DNA from: Lingula anatina
Lineage: Eukaryota; Animalia; Brachiopoda
Reading direction: 5' to 3'
DNA: 64,000 bases
NCBI GenBank assembly: GCA_051362555.1
Contig: CM120640.1
Span: 46,788,788-46,852,787, forward strand
Shown: positions 1-12,684 of the stretch, one piece after another
How positions within the stretch are numbered: the stretch's first letter is position 1
Layout: every line of letters starts with the position of its first letter
Made by a program: the position numbers and the translations under genes
Notes under the pieces: generated by a model
Seen by the model: only the letters and a program-made list of their open reading frames with translations
Databases searched by the model: none
What the model was told of the DNA's origin: nothing

Positions 1-780
1 TCAGAAAATATGACTAGCAAAGGTCTTCAGGCCCATGGAACTTCAAAGCCACAACTTGAAAATGCCAAAATGTAAACAAGACAGCACTGTTCTGAAATGG
101 GTTTATTTCCATTTTTAACATAAAACAAAATTAACAGTTTACTGCCATTTTTATATGATCAACTAAGAAAATTGATGAGATGGGAAAAATATCAATAGAA
201 TAGTGTTAAATGTCCAATTTCTTCCATTCTGAGATTCTGAACATAGTGAATGATTCAATCTGACAAACTGCAATGATATGAGTTTATTTCCATTTTTGAA
301 ACTTTATTACACAATACACAATAACAAGTTTAACATCATTTTTACAAAATCAACTAACAATGTTGTAAAGATGCAGGAAATGTCAAAAAAACACTTTTAC
401 GTATCTTATTAGTTTAATAATGAGACTGTTAACATGACTAATAATTGAATCTAAGGAAATGTAAAAAACAGCATAACTTCTAAAATAATGGCCCGATTAT
501 GCTGATTTTTGAACTTAACCTGCGTTTTAGCAGGATTGACCACTCCTGTGAGTTTTATGACAATTGGGCTTTCTGTTTTTCTTATATTGTGTTTACAGTG
601 TTGCATATATGCTGAACAATGAAAAAACCGCATAACTACTAAAATAGTGGCCCGATCATGCTGATTTTCAAACTTGACCTGCGTTTTAGTAAGATTGATT
701 ACTCCTGTGAGTTTCATAACAACAGGCCTAACGGTTTTCCTTAAAATGTGTTTACAAGGTTGCATATAAGCTGAAAAGTG

Positions 781-3700
781 AAACAAGGCAGCAAAGCTGT
801 CAAATGTACAGACAAAAAACAGAAAATAAAGATGCAAAATAGGTCATTTTGTCAATTTTGATGCAATAATAAATAATGCTTATAATAGCACTGTCAGTCA
901 ACACTGAATTTTAATCATGCACAACAGGTACCATGGTCAATAACAGGAGCGAACCCAGAGATATTTTCTGACAGTATTCCAAAGTATCTATGTTGATCCA
1001 TCCTCCATTTTTATGGTCTTCCAACAGAAAAAAATAGATACCAGTCAATATAAACTTAATAACCTGACCGTCTTCCGGAAGACCCTGAAGATGGTCTCAA
1101 TCCACCCCTTCAGTAAGATTAGTTTCAGGACCATGAGAGTTCAAATTCTCATGATGAAAGTCTCAATATTTGAAAAATGATGACAGTGCATAAAATAATA
1201 TTACATAATGTTTAAAGACATAAAAAACAATACAACTGCTTATGTGGAAATATAGAAAATGTGCAGAGCCTCAGGCAGATGAGAGTTAAAAGTCACAAAT
1301 GCCACTGTTTGAGAAAAAATTAAAAAGGAAAACAAAACTAGAAAAGCACTCCAAGAGCGCAAACCTCTGCCAAGACAGCAATTGTTGATTATTATTGATT
1401 GATTATTGATCCGGACCACCACCAAAAACTAATCATTGTCCTCCTTGCCCACTTCTGACAGTTCCTGAAAATTTCATCAAAATCGGTCCGTAACTTTTTG
1501 AGTTATGTTGATGACAGACAAACAGGGGTGAAAACATAACCTCTTTGGCAGAGGTAAATATAATTCCAATGATGCTGCCATTCAAACTTTTAATCTTTTT
1601 TGATATATATATTTTTCACTAAAATGTATAACTTCCAGAAAAAGAAGCCAATTAGACTGCTTTTCCAACTCAGGCTGCATTTTAGTCCTGTGTTTCTTTT
1701 TTGAAAGTTTGACAGTCATAAGTAACACGGTTTTCCCATAATGGTCATCATGGCAAGCAGCACCAAAAATTGTGTTTTCTTCTATTTTGATGCAACATTA
1801 CATAATGCTTAACAGCATAATGACCATCAATTTTTAATAATAATATATACGTATCATGGATTTTCAGAAAATGTGACTAGCATGGGTCTTCAAGCCCGTG
1901 GAAGTTCTAAGTCACACCTTGAAAATGCCAATATGTGTAAAATTAAATTTTCACAAAAAACTGTTTAACTGCCAGAAAAATTTACCAAACAGACTACATT
2001 TCCTACTGAAGCTGTATTTTAGTCCCATGTTTCTTTCCTGTAAGTTTGAGAACAGTAAGTGACATGATTTTCCTTAAGTGCTCATCATGGGAGCAGTGCC
2101 CAAAATAGGGGTTTCTTCAAATTTTAATGTAACATTACATAATGTTTAAGAGCATAATGACCATCAATTTTTAATAATAGAATATTAGTAACATGGACAT
2201 TCAGAAAATGTGACAAGCAAAGGTCTTCAGGATCACAGAACTTCAAAGTCACACCTTGAAAATGCCAATATGTGAAAAATTAAATTTTCACAAAAAACTG
2301 TTTAACTGCCAGAAAAAATTACCAAACAGACTGCATTGCCTACTGAAGCTGTATTTTAGTCCCATGTTTCTTTCCTGTAAGTTTGAGAACAGTAAGTGAC
2401 ATGATTTTCCTTAAGTGCTCATCATGGGAGCAGTGCCCAAAATAGGGGTTTCTTCAAATTTTGATGCAATATTACATAATGTTTAACAGCATAATGACCA
2501 TCAATTTTTAATAATAAAATATTAGTATCATGGATATTCAGAAAATGTGACTAGCAAAGGTCTTCAGGCCCATGGAACTTCAAAGTCACATCTTGAAAAT
2601 GCCAAAATGTAAACAAGACAGCACTTTTCTGAAATGGGTTTATTTCCATTTTTAACACTTTTTTAACATAAAACAAAATTAACAGTTTACTGCCATTTTT
2701 ATATGACCAACTAAGAAAATTGATGAGATGGGAAAAATATCAATAGAACAGTATTAAATGTCCAATTTCCTCCATTCTGAGATTCTGAACATAGTGGATG
2801 ATTGAATCTGACAAACTGCAATGATATGTGTTTATTTCCATTTTTGACACTTCATTACACAATACACGATAACAAGTTTACCATCATTTTTAAATAATCA
2901 ACTAACAATGTTGTAAAGATGCAGGAAATGTCAAAAAAACACTTTAACATATCTTATTAGTTCAATAATGAGACTATTAACATGCCTAAGAATTGAATCA
3001 GAGAAAATGTGAAAAAAAAGCATAACTTCCCTAAAAATGACCTAATTATGCTGATTTTCGAACTTGACCTGCGTATTATAAATATTCATCAGTTCTGTAA
3101 GTTTCAAACCAAAAGGTAAAACGGTTTTCCACTTATCGTGTTTACGGTGTTGCATATATGCTGAAAAAAGTGAAAAAAAAAACAAAACTTCCCTAATAAT
3201 GACCCGATCATGCTGATTTTCGAACTTGACCTGCGTATTATAAATATTCATCAGTTCTGTAAGTTTCAAACCAAAATGTAAAACCGTTTTCCACTTATCG
3301 TGTTTACGGTGTTGCATATATGCTGAAAAAAGTGAAAAAAAAGCATAACTTCCCTAAAAATGACCCGATCATGCTGATTTTCGAAATTGACCGGCATATT
3401 ATAAATATTCATCAGTTCTGTAACTTTCAAGCCAAAAGGTAAAACGGTTTTCCACTTATCCTGTTTACGGTGTTGCATATATGCTGAAAAAAGTGAAAAA
3501 ACAGCATAACTTCCCTAAAAATGGTCCGATCATGCTGATTTTCGAACTTGACCTGAATATTATGAATATTCATCAGTTCTGTAAGTTTCAAGTCAAAATG
3601 TAAAACCGTTTTCCACTTATTGTGTTTACGGTAAAAGTGCACGCCAACGGCAACGGCGACGACAGACGCAGGTGACGGCTATATGTACAGACACATCTGT

Positions 3701-4833
3701 GTCTGTACATAAAAACAGCATAACTTCTACAATAATGGCCCGATCATGCTGATTTTCGAACTTGACCTGCGTTTTATGAATATTCATCAGCTCTGTAAAT
3801 ATAAAGCCAAAAAGTGAAACTGCCTTCCACTTATCGTGTTTACAAGGAAAGTGCACGTCAACGACGGCGGCGGCGACGACAGACGCAGGTGATGGCAATA
3901 TGTACAGACACATCTATATATATTTACTGTACTGTTTGAGAACAGTAAGTGACATGGTTTTTCTTAAATGGTCATCATGGGAGCAGTGCCCAAAATAGGT
4001 TTTTTTCAAATTTTGATGCAATATTACATAATGTTTAACAGCATGATGACCATCAATTTTTAAGAATAAAATATTAGTATCATGGATATTCAGAAAATGT
4101 GACTAGCAAAGGTCTTCAGGCCCATGGAACTTCAAAGTCACAACTTGAAAATGCCAAAATGTAAACAAGACAGCACTGTTCTGAAATGTTTTTTTTTTTC
4201 CATTTTTAACAATTTTTAACATAAAACAAAATTAACAGTTTACTGCCATTTTTATATTATCAACTAAGAAAATTGATGAGATGGGAAAAATATCAACAGA
4301 GCAGTGTTAAATGTCCAATTTCTTCCATTCTGAGATTCTGAACATAGTGAATGATTGAATCTGACAAACTGCAATGATATGAGTTTATTTCCATTTTTGA
4401 AACTTTATTACACAATACACGATAACAAGTTTACCATCATTTTTACAAAATCAACTAACAATGTTGCAAAGATGCAGGAAATGTCAAACAAACACTTTTA
4501 CGTATCTTATTAGTTTAATAATGAGACTGTTAACATGCCTAAGAATTGAATCTGAGGAAATGTGAAAAATATGCTGAAAAGTGAAAAAACAGCATAACTT
4601 CTACAATAATGGCCCGATCATGCTGATTTTCGAACTTGACCTGCGTTTTATGAATATTCATCAGCTCTGTAAATATAAAGCCAAAAAGTAAAACTGCCCT
4701 CCACTTATCGTGTTTACAAGGAAAGTGCACGGCGCCGGCATCGGCATCGGCATCGGCATCGCCATCGCCATCGGCGACGACAGACGCAGGTGATGGCAAT
4801 ATGTACAGACACATCTGTGTCTGTACATAAAAA
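781..4833. mobile_element. Non-autonomous Helentron-like (HINE) composite element carrying internal satellite arrays
   Basis: The left end has a small hairpin (gcagcaaagctg) plus subterminal ATGTACAGACA at 804-814. The right ends have a GC-rich microsatellite followed by the palindrome TATGTACAGACACA-TC-TGTGTCTGTACATA (3682-3711 and 4800-4829; truncated copy near 3900). Flanks are A-rich with no TSD. Confidence 0.6.
1336..1557. mobile_element. Short HINE-type non-autonomous element nested in the array
   Basis: Starts AACTAGAAAAGCACTC. Perfect subterminal inverted repeat ACCTCTGCCAA (1363-1373) / TTGGCAGAGGT (1545-1555), a terminal stem-loop, and an ACAG-type microsatellite remnant. Confidence 0.65.
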
Positions 4834-4897
4834 TGAATTCAAAGAAATGAAAGAAGTAATATTTCATATATTTAAGGTACAAGGATCTTATCTTATC

Positions 4898-5070
4898 AGG
4901 CATTTTCTAGTACCACCCGCAGTGCTACCAGAGTGGATGAATGTTAGTGCTAGCCTAGGTATCGCTTTGTTGGTGCTAAATAATTTTACGGTGTGTTGGT
5001 TAATTTGTGGGTTTTGTGGTTAATATGGGCATTAGTGCTAAAGATCTGCGGGTAGTGATAGTAAAGGCCT
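4898..5070. mobile_element. Degenerate MITE
   Basis: About 25-bp imperfect TIRs (20/25): aggcattttctagtaccacccgcag / ctgcgggtagtgatagtaaaggcct. Confidence 0.5.
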
Positions 5071-5261
5071 AATCCGTTTTTAAGGCCTGCACACGATTCC
5101 CCTCTCTGAAAATTTAACTTTGAATCAAACTACTTTGAGAAAATAATGATGAAGTACAACCAAAAGATTTTCAGGATGATGGTTATGTTATAGTTGTGGA
5201 AAGCAAAATAATGAAAAAACAATAAACTGATAGTAAAAAAATCAAAATGAACAAATTTTAC

Positions 5262-6557
5262 CAAATATATATTCTGCTTTGACTGTAACGAATAGAAAAG
5301 CCTCACTACAAATGGACTCTTCGTCAAGGCCAAGGCATCTCTTTCTGCAATCACTAAGAAAAAAAAAATACATAGCTTTTTATCAGTATTTTCACACAGA
5401 AACAATTAATTTTGCAGTAGTTAGATAACTGAAATCCTGAAATTAATCTTATAAATATTACTTTGTATGCAGATGAAACACTGGCATTATTCTGATAAAA
5501 AGATAAGATTTATTCTGTTAAAAATGGACAACCTAAGCAGTCAGCTACTTTTAATAAAATCAGTATCTACAGACACAAATACCTTGATTGACCATATTTT
5601 TGTTGACCATCTCAGCTTTCTTCATCACTTTAATTGCATAGTATTTTTTGTGGTTGTTCTTTTTGCATCCCAGAAAGACTTTGCTGTAATAAACACATTT
5701 ATCACAAAAGAATCTATTGTTTTTTTCTAATTCTTCATTGGTTCAACTATTAAATAACAACATTTAACATTCAGTTCAACATAAATTCTGATTAAATGAA
5801 AATATTACTAATGCTCAATAGTTGCAACAGTAACAGTAGGAAGGATCATAGAATTCTAATAATCTTATCATATATACTAGTATCTTGATTTCGAATAGTT
5901 AGAAAGATGGTCACCTCACTGAATAGTTATAAAAAATGAAATAAAGATAACCAAGTCCAATAATTTCTTGAGATTACAAACATTCAAAATAAATAATTGT
6001 CAAGATAACTTGAACACTTATGGTTATTATATTTAAACGTACCCAAAAGCCCCTCTGCTGATTGGCTTGAGGATTGTAAAATCATTGATGCTTGGAGCCT
6101 GAAAGGCGATAACAGTTTAAAATTAAACTATATAAACATGTGCCTTGTGAATCAGGTATTGAATGGACGCTGCTTGGTCCACATTACATGACAGTGTCTC
6201 AAAGATTTTAATAATTATTTTTATAAATTATTACATTATGGAAATCCCCCCCCCCTCCCCCCCCAAAAAAAAAGAGGAAATCTGTTTGAAATGCAACCCA
6301 AGCTTAGCAAGTGATTTAGTGTTAGTCAAATCAGGCCAATAATATTAGAGATTCTACTATATACGTGTTTAATTGCTAGGCTGTGAAGCCTAAGGATGAT
6401 GGAGTACCATTTAGTAAATCATAGAAGTAGAGAAAACTACTTCTATGGTTAAATCAAGGAGTTTAATATTTACCTTAGGTATGGCAAACCCATCACCGCC
6501 AACGCCATATTGAACATTTAAACCTTTTGGAGAAACATTTTCTTTGTTATGTTCCAT
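5262..6557 (-). CDS. MASTL: Serine/threonine kinase Greatwall/MASTL, 5' part (coding exons 1-4; gene continues left of the window)
   Basis: Exons 6557-6474, 6098-6043, 5683-5583 and 5353-5262 are GT-AG bounded and phase-consistent. They splice to [121 protein letters not shown] and [13 protein letters not shown] are characteristic of Greatwall. Confidence 0.93.
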
Positions 6558-7903
6558 TATGTTCAGACGATCCACTCTGGCATGTTTCTGTTTACTTCAG
6601 GTTATTATATCCAGGACATTTTCCGCTTTTCAAATCAGCGCCATGATGTTAGTCGAATCTCTTTGTAAAGAAGAGTTCCCGTTTACATCCGATTTTCCAC
6701 CAGAGGTCGACACCTTACGTAGTCGATTTTGTTTCTCACCTTTTCTCACCAGCTGTAACTTACAAATTCACGTAAATATCTCTACTTCTATGATATGTAC
6801 AAATAGCTGTAATTTACAAAGTTTCGAGAGTACGGTTCCAGGGTTGCAGACACACCACGCTCACAGCACATGCACTGAATTAAATTGTCCAAGTGATTGT
6901 AAATCGAAATTAGAAGGGAAATGATCCAACATCCTCAACTTTGCATCCTTTCATTGTTTGACAGTGAAAAGGATACGTGTGTTACAGATTTTATTTAGTC
7001 ACAAAACTTACAATGTACAACAGCATGCACAAATTAAATGAACATGTCTGCATGACTACCATTTCTGAAATCAGAGGCATGCCTAAAAAAGTGCAGGGGA
7101 GACCTCTCCTCTTCCATTTCATTTCACATAGCTAATTGTTAGGCCTCTGTTACCTCTTTTTTTCATTTCCACTTTCTTTTTTAATAAGGGTAGTTCTACG
7201 TATCTAATTCATTGCAGCAACTCTAAAATAATTGGGTGCTGTACGTGTACGTGGAATATAATTGAACTTAGTATTTTAAAATAATTTTAAAACGTTAAAA
7301 ATAGCCTATCAAAAGCATTTGGGGTGAAGTTTTGAAATTATAGTGAAGATCTGATACTGCGTCGACATAAGCAAATGGCTGTTGCAGTCTCGGAAGGTTG
7401 CGACGACCTGGCCACGACGACGCTCTCATGCCGTATCATAGTTTCTGTTTACACCTGTTGGGACATAACCGAGGTCACGAGGCCTTTGCACGAGACTTCG
7501 AAACAAATATCATGTCGTAATGTTAACCTAATGCATTCCAAATCAAAATTGTGTGAGTTTGTGTTCTATATCAAATTAAATCATAGCTCACATTACCATT
7601 AAAATGTATATACATAAATATATAATACCATAGTGATAAAAACCGCGGGAAATGTTACTCATATAACCCAATTTACAACTAGGTCGTAGTCTAGCCAATC
7701 AGTGGTCAATATGAGCACCCGGATGTGCAATCTTCAGCTTTGTTACACGTTGGAGACCGGCTGGAGCATTACTCAAGAAAGAAGTATAGTTCAAAGAGAA
7801 AGTATTGAATAACCTTAACCGGTTCTCTCTACTTTTGAGGGAAGATAATTGGAAGTGTCTCTCTGGAAGTTTTCGAAATAATTCGTGAAGCAAGAAAAGA
7901 AGA
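6558..7903. promoter_or_regulatory. Divergent (bidirectional) promoter region, MASTL / FAM199X
   Basis: The ATGs are 1.35 kb apart head-to-head. CpG is locally retained relative to the CpG-poor gene bodies. CCAAT box (agccaatcag) at about 7693-7702; CHR-like TTTGAA on the minus strand at 6629-6634. Confidence 0.6.
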
Positions 7904-10900
7904 ATGATAGCAGACACCCCACTCCTGACCAGCAGGTACGATATGTTTTAAGACGTAGCCGCAACGTGGCCACACACTGTTCCTCTACTATACTCGCTTA
8001 TGCCAAGTAATTTATAACTGAGTTTGTTTCATCTGTCATTGAATAGATGTACTGTGGTGTAAGTTAGTTATGGACAGTATGTTCAATTAATTAGGATGGA
8101 CTGTTGCAGAAATAACGTAAGCTAGATGTACGTTCATTTGGTAGTTCACTTCCATTAGTAACATGTGCATCTTTTATCTTGGTGTCTTGTGAGTCACGCC
8201 CTCGCCTTGGTATAGTGCATATATCATAATATGTATATGTTATTATTTGTTGTTCAGAGGTCAAGAGAAGGAGTGAGAAACTGTTAGAAATATTTGAAAA
8301 TCTATATTGCTCAAATGCTGAATACAAACTTGATTTCCAAAACTCCCCAGAGAAAAGTACATAAGTACTGACTTAGTAGGCAGTACAGCATGGGATTGTG
8401 AGATGTAAGGCATCTTCCTTTTCTTCTTAGTTTTGCTCGAATTATCCCCTGTCTATCTGTTTCTGACTGTGAAAGTAGTGAAAATGTCCTTATTCTTTTC
8501 ACAAACAAACACAAATTAAATTCATGAAGATGTTTTGCCATGTACAGACTGGTAAAAATATAAGTTATGTTTGTAATGTAATAGCACTCAATAAACTATC
8601 TGTAGGGTACTAAATAAGTGGATGCATTGTTAGATATAATTAATGCTCTCTTTATTGCATGCTTGCCTCCAGATGTTGGGAAAATAGTGTAGTATGAGAG
8701 AAAACATACAATTTGCATAATTAATTTGTGTTGCTCAAAAACCTGATGTTTTGCACATGGTGCTTGAGGCATCAGTACATATTTCAAAACTGAATTTTGA
8801 TTTCTAATGTTCTATTCACATTGGTATACCAGTGTATGCATATAAATGACCATGTGCAATTGGCTAGCATGACAACATAGTTAAGAATAATGAATATAAT
8901 TAAACATGCAGTTTATGTACATGCACACCATAAATGGGAGTTACATATAGTTTGATAAATAAGTAGACGGATGAGTTATTATTTCAAAAAGATCAGTTGT
9001 CAAGGAGTTACTGGGTGGCAATTGATAAATAGCGTAAGAGGCTATAAGATCGCAGCATGGCATTTGTTCTAATTAAACCAGTGAGCATAGGACTGAAATC
9101 TAGACCTTATACTTTCATAACCATATGCACCTGTGCACTAAATATGGAAGCAGAAATCATGTGGTTAAGTCCTGCTGGACCTACTTCTCTGCATGAAGTT
9201 AAACTCTAAGGTTTTCCTTGCCATCTTAGAAGATACTAGATACTGAAGTTTATGGTTGTGCAGGGTTTCCTTTATTAGATATATTTTAGGAATTTTCTCT
9301 TCAGTAGGTTACAGATAGCCACAGTTCACTGCTTCTCTGGCATAAATAGAAACTTTGGACAGCGAATGAAAATTAATCCTGTTTGATTAGCAATCAGACG
9401 ATCAACAAAACACAACATCATTACTTATTGTTGTTCAAAGTTTTTATATTTATATTTAACTTTTCTCTCTCTCTCTTTTTTCAGTCCCTGGCAATCTGAA
9501 AGCCCACTGACCAAGGACTATAAGAATGTCTTTTTGGATATTGACAGTATGATTGACATGGACTTCAATACACTAGAAGCAGAAGTGAAAAGGTACTCAA
9601 TATATTTCTTGAATTAAGATAATTGTTTAAAATATTTAACGAAAATATTTTGGTCTGCAATTTTATTTTGATTTCAGTGTTTCTAAATGTAATTCCTAAA
9701 CAGATGAAGAAATGTTGTTTTCAATTTAATGAGATGGATAAATAAGATGCAATTTAGATAGTTGCTGTAGTATATATGTAGATTGTCAGTCATTACTATA
9801 AAAATCTCCATAACTTCCATCTTAATAGTTCTATTAAGTCTTTGAAATCCATTCATGTTTAAATTTAATGAAAGTATTAATTCTGGCTATTATATCTGCC
9901 CCTTTAAGGTGAAGAAAACTTCTGCATACCAAAGAAAGTCCCTAATTATGCGAGTTAAGCACATTTCATAACTTTATGCATATAAAGCATATTTTCCTCC
10001 ATTCTGCAGGGTAAGAAATGACAAGTCACAGTCCCTGTCAACCAGCTTCCAGACATATTACAACATCACTTCCAGTGGAACAAGTGTAGCCAGCTCAGAA
10101 TGTAGTGAGGAAACCTTCCTGGATCTGGAGAAGGAGGTTGATGACACAAATTTCACCCTCTTCTCTTTGTCAGATGTAAATGAAGACTTGGATACATCTT
10201 TTTCTAAAGTGCTAGAAAATAATTCACAAGGTAGATAACTGATGTTTGTTGCTTATCCAGGTTATCCTTGTACATTGTTTTGACAGTTTACATAATTAGT
10301 AGAGTGATAGTATCATTTCCTTATTTTTTTGTTGAGATTTTGATAAGAGTTTGCTCTTTGAAGTTGTTTTTATGAAATGGGGACTGCTTTATTTACACTG
10401 AAGTTATTATGTACAAAGTTTTTGTAAAAATTATATGAACAGTTGAAATAGAGTAAATCATATGGTTTTAAACTAGATTTTTGTACAAAATTTTAACAGC
10501 AGTCTTTTGTATTTTCTGCAGATACATTGGAGACTCATCCATGGACAGACAACGAACTGGGTATTACAACAGATGTCCTGACAGACATAATTCCCACGTT
10601 GCCGATCTCCCCACCTTCACCCAGAAAACGCACACATTCAGAGAGTTTCACAGATAATAAACCATGGTAGGGAATATGTATGCATATGAGAAAAACCAGA
10701 CATTCTAGTGTCCAACATAACTGACACATTTATTACAATTTAAATAATGTTTGATTGGTGTGAACTGTAAATTTGATTTGTAACATTTCTTTTGATTAAG
10801 ATTGTATATTGTCTTTTATAGAATTTTTATTTATTACAATAAATGTTAATATAGGAAATCTAATACTGGGTTATTGAAGAATTGTTTGTAAGGGGGGGGT

Positions 10901-12049
10901 GGCACTTCAAGTAGACTGGTAGCAATATTCCTTGGCTGACAGTTTGTAGAAGTGCAAGACAATATGTGGACCAAGTTTGCTGCTGTTGCAATTTTATGAA
11001 CATCAGAGAATAGGTTCACTACAATGCACATGAATAAACCTGGTCTATCTGAACTTTAGAGTTCAAGAATTGGATAGACAGTATTCAAAATGGTTTTAAA
11101 AATTGAGAACTTTGTGTCCATATTTGAACAGTTTTTTTAGTGAAAACTCTTAAAACAATTCACTTAAAATAATAAGGGCAGCAGTTTAACTTACAGCACT
11201 TAAACTTTGCCTTTATTATTTTTTCTATTTTTGTCATTGTCAGGAGTAATATGACAAGTCAAGAACAGATTTCCACAATTGAAGAGCTCACAAGGATCAT
11301 TAGTGAAGAAATGGGTCTCAGAGAACAGATTGAAGTGATCCGAATTATTAGTCCAAATGCCCAGGTTTCACCCACAGATACAGAGTTTGTTATTGGTATG
11401 CTTTTTATTCTTCTTCATTGATGGTCCATTTTTTTTTTCTAAAATATAACCATTCCTTATTTCCTATATTGATAATGTCAGTTTGTTTTTATAAAGGCGC
11501 TTGAGCTTTTTCTCTTGATTAAAAGGCGAACCCAAGCCTAATTTCTCTCTTGGTTTTGTGAATGACTAGCACAGCTATTTTGACCACTTATGGTCTTTTA
11601 TGCAACTTCATGCTTTAATAGTGTAAAAAAAATTGTGGATAAGAGCCCCTGAAAATTAATAATTTCTAACTTTTTCTAACCTAATTTATGTTAATTGTTA
11701 TGGAAATGGCCGTAACCTTCAAAAATCAAGGTCAATCAGATAACTTGGATAAGGCATTGTTTACAATTTATCATTTTAGAACTGGACTGGTTGAATGATG
11801 AAAAGCTCCAGAGATTGAGAAAGTATGTAAAGCAGCACTCCAGCAACAGTAGCATTAATGGTGACCACTGTAGTTCCTGCAGCAGTGTGTCAGACCACAG
11901 TGATGTAGAGTCTCCGCAGAAAAAGGCAAAAGTGAGTATCCTGGTGTCATTTCACAGCCCCAGAAATCTTGTTTTAGTTGAAAAATGGTTATCATTGGAA
12001 TGTCATGGAAAGATTTCAGTGCTAACCTTTCACCAGACTTTGTTCCAAG

Positions 12050-12095
<46 letters not shown>

Positions 12096-12684
12096 TTTAA
12101 TTTGAAAAAAGGACATGAAATATGCTCATGAGTTTTTTGCAAAAGAAATGCTGGATATTTTATTATAGTTTGAAATTTTATCTTCATCAAATTAACAACC
12201 TGATGGAATGTTAGATTGATTTTCTGTGAGGCATTAAAGACACCTTGCTTTCCTGTCATGTGGACAGCTTGGGATATATTACTAATGCCAGATTAAACAA
12301 CAGGTTATAACTACCATTCACTTAGAACTTAGAGGTGAATGGATCTAATGCCTGCAAACACTAGGGATACTTAACCCTATTTAGAGATGAAATAAAAAGA
12401 CTACTTTATAAAACTTTTTATGGACTTCATTTGCTCATGTAAACCAGCCTTACAAAGTTATTGTCTTTAAACTAGGTCTGTTACAAGATAAAACACTTAT
12501 TTTTTATTTTCAGCGTGGTCTGAACAGAGAGAGGCGAAATCAACTGAAACTGGAGAGACAGCGACAAAGAAAGGAATATCGCCAAATGATGAGAGAGAGA
12601 CGAAGTGGTCTGTTCCACAAGGAAGAAGTTCTTGCTCTGACCAATTTTGAGCCAGTGGAAGAAGAAGTGGATATATTAACTTAA
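7904..12684 (+). CDS. FAM199X: FAM199X-like protein, 7 coding exons
   Basis: Exons 7904-7935, 9485-9592, 10010-10230, 10522-10666, 11244-11395, 11780-11931 and 12514-12684 join in one frame. Motifs recalled from FAM199X: [64 protein letters not shown]..DEKLQ, and C-terminal RSGLFHKEEVL..EVDILT*. Confidence 0.9.
12052..12098. repeat. (TA)n microsatellite followed by poly-T
   Basis: Direct reading of FAM199X intron 6. Confidence 0.95.

Larger units (their letters stand above)
1..4833. repeat. Complex nested tandem-repeat array in MASTL intron 4
   Basis: A ~460-bp block at 1 recurs near 2538 and 4090. There is a ~337-bp tandem period (1864/2201/2538). A ~161-bp unit (cataacttc...ccgatcatgctgattttcgaacttgacctg) occurs twice at 465-785, about four times at 3020-3630, and again near 3715 and 4590. 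Confidence 0.92.

Noticed and set aside
3020-3720. CRISPR-like regular repeats
   Set aside because: Whole units are repeated with no unique spacers, there are no cas genes, and the context is a eukaryotic intron.
451-4903. Mutually similar short ORFs (e.g. ...TQVKFENQHDRA...)
   Set aside because: They are translations of the ~161-bp tandem repeat, with shifting frames and no gene structure.
6544-6924. 126-aa + strand ORF
   Set aside because: Non-ATG start, antisense to the MASTL 5' region, and no recognisable domain.
7375-7602. 75-aa ORF in the CpG-rich intergenic patch
   Set aside because: No domain or splice support; better explained as promoter sequence.
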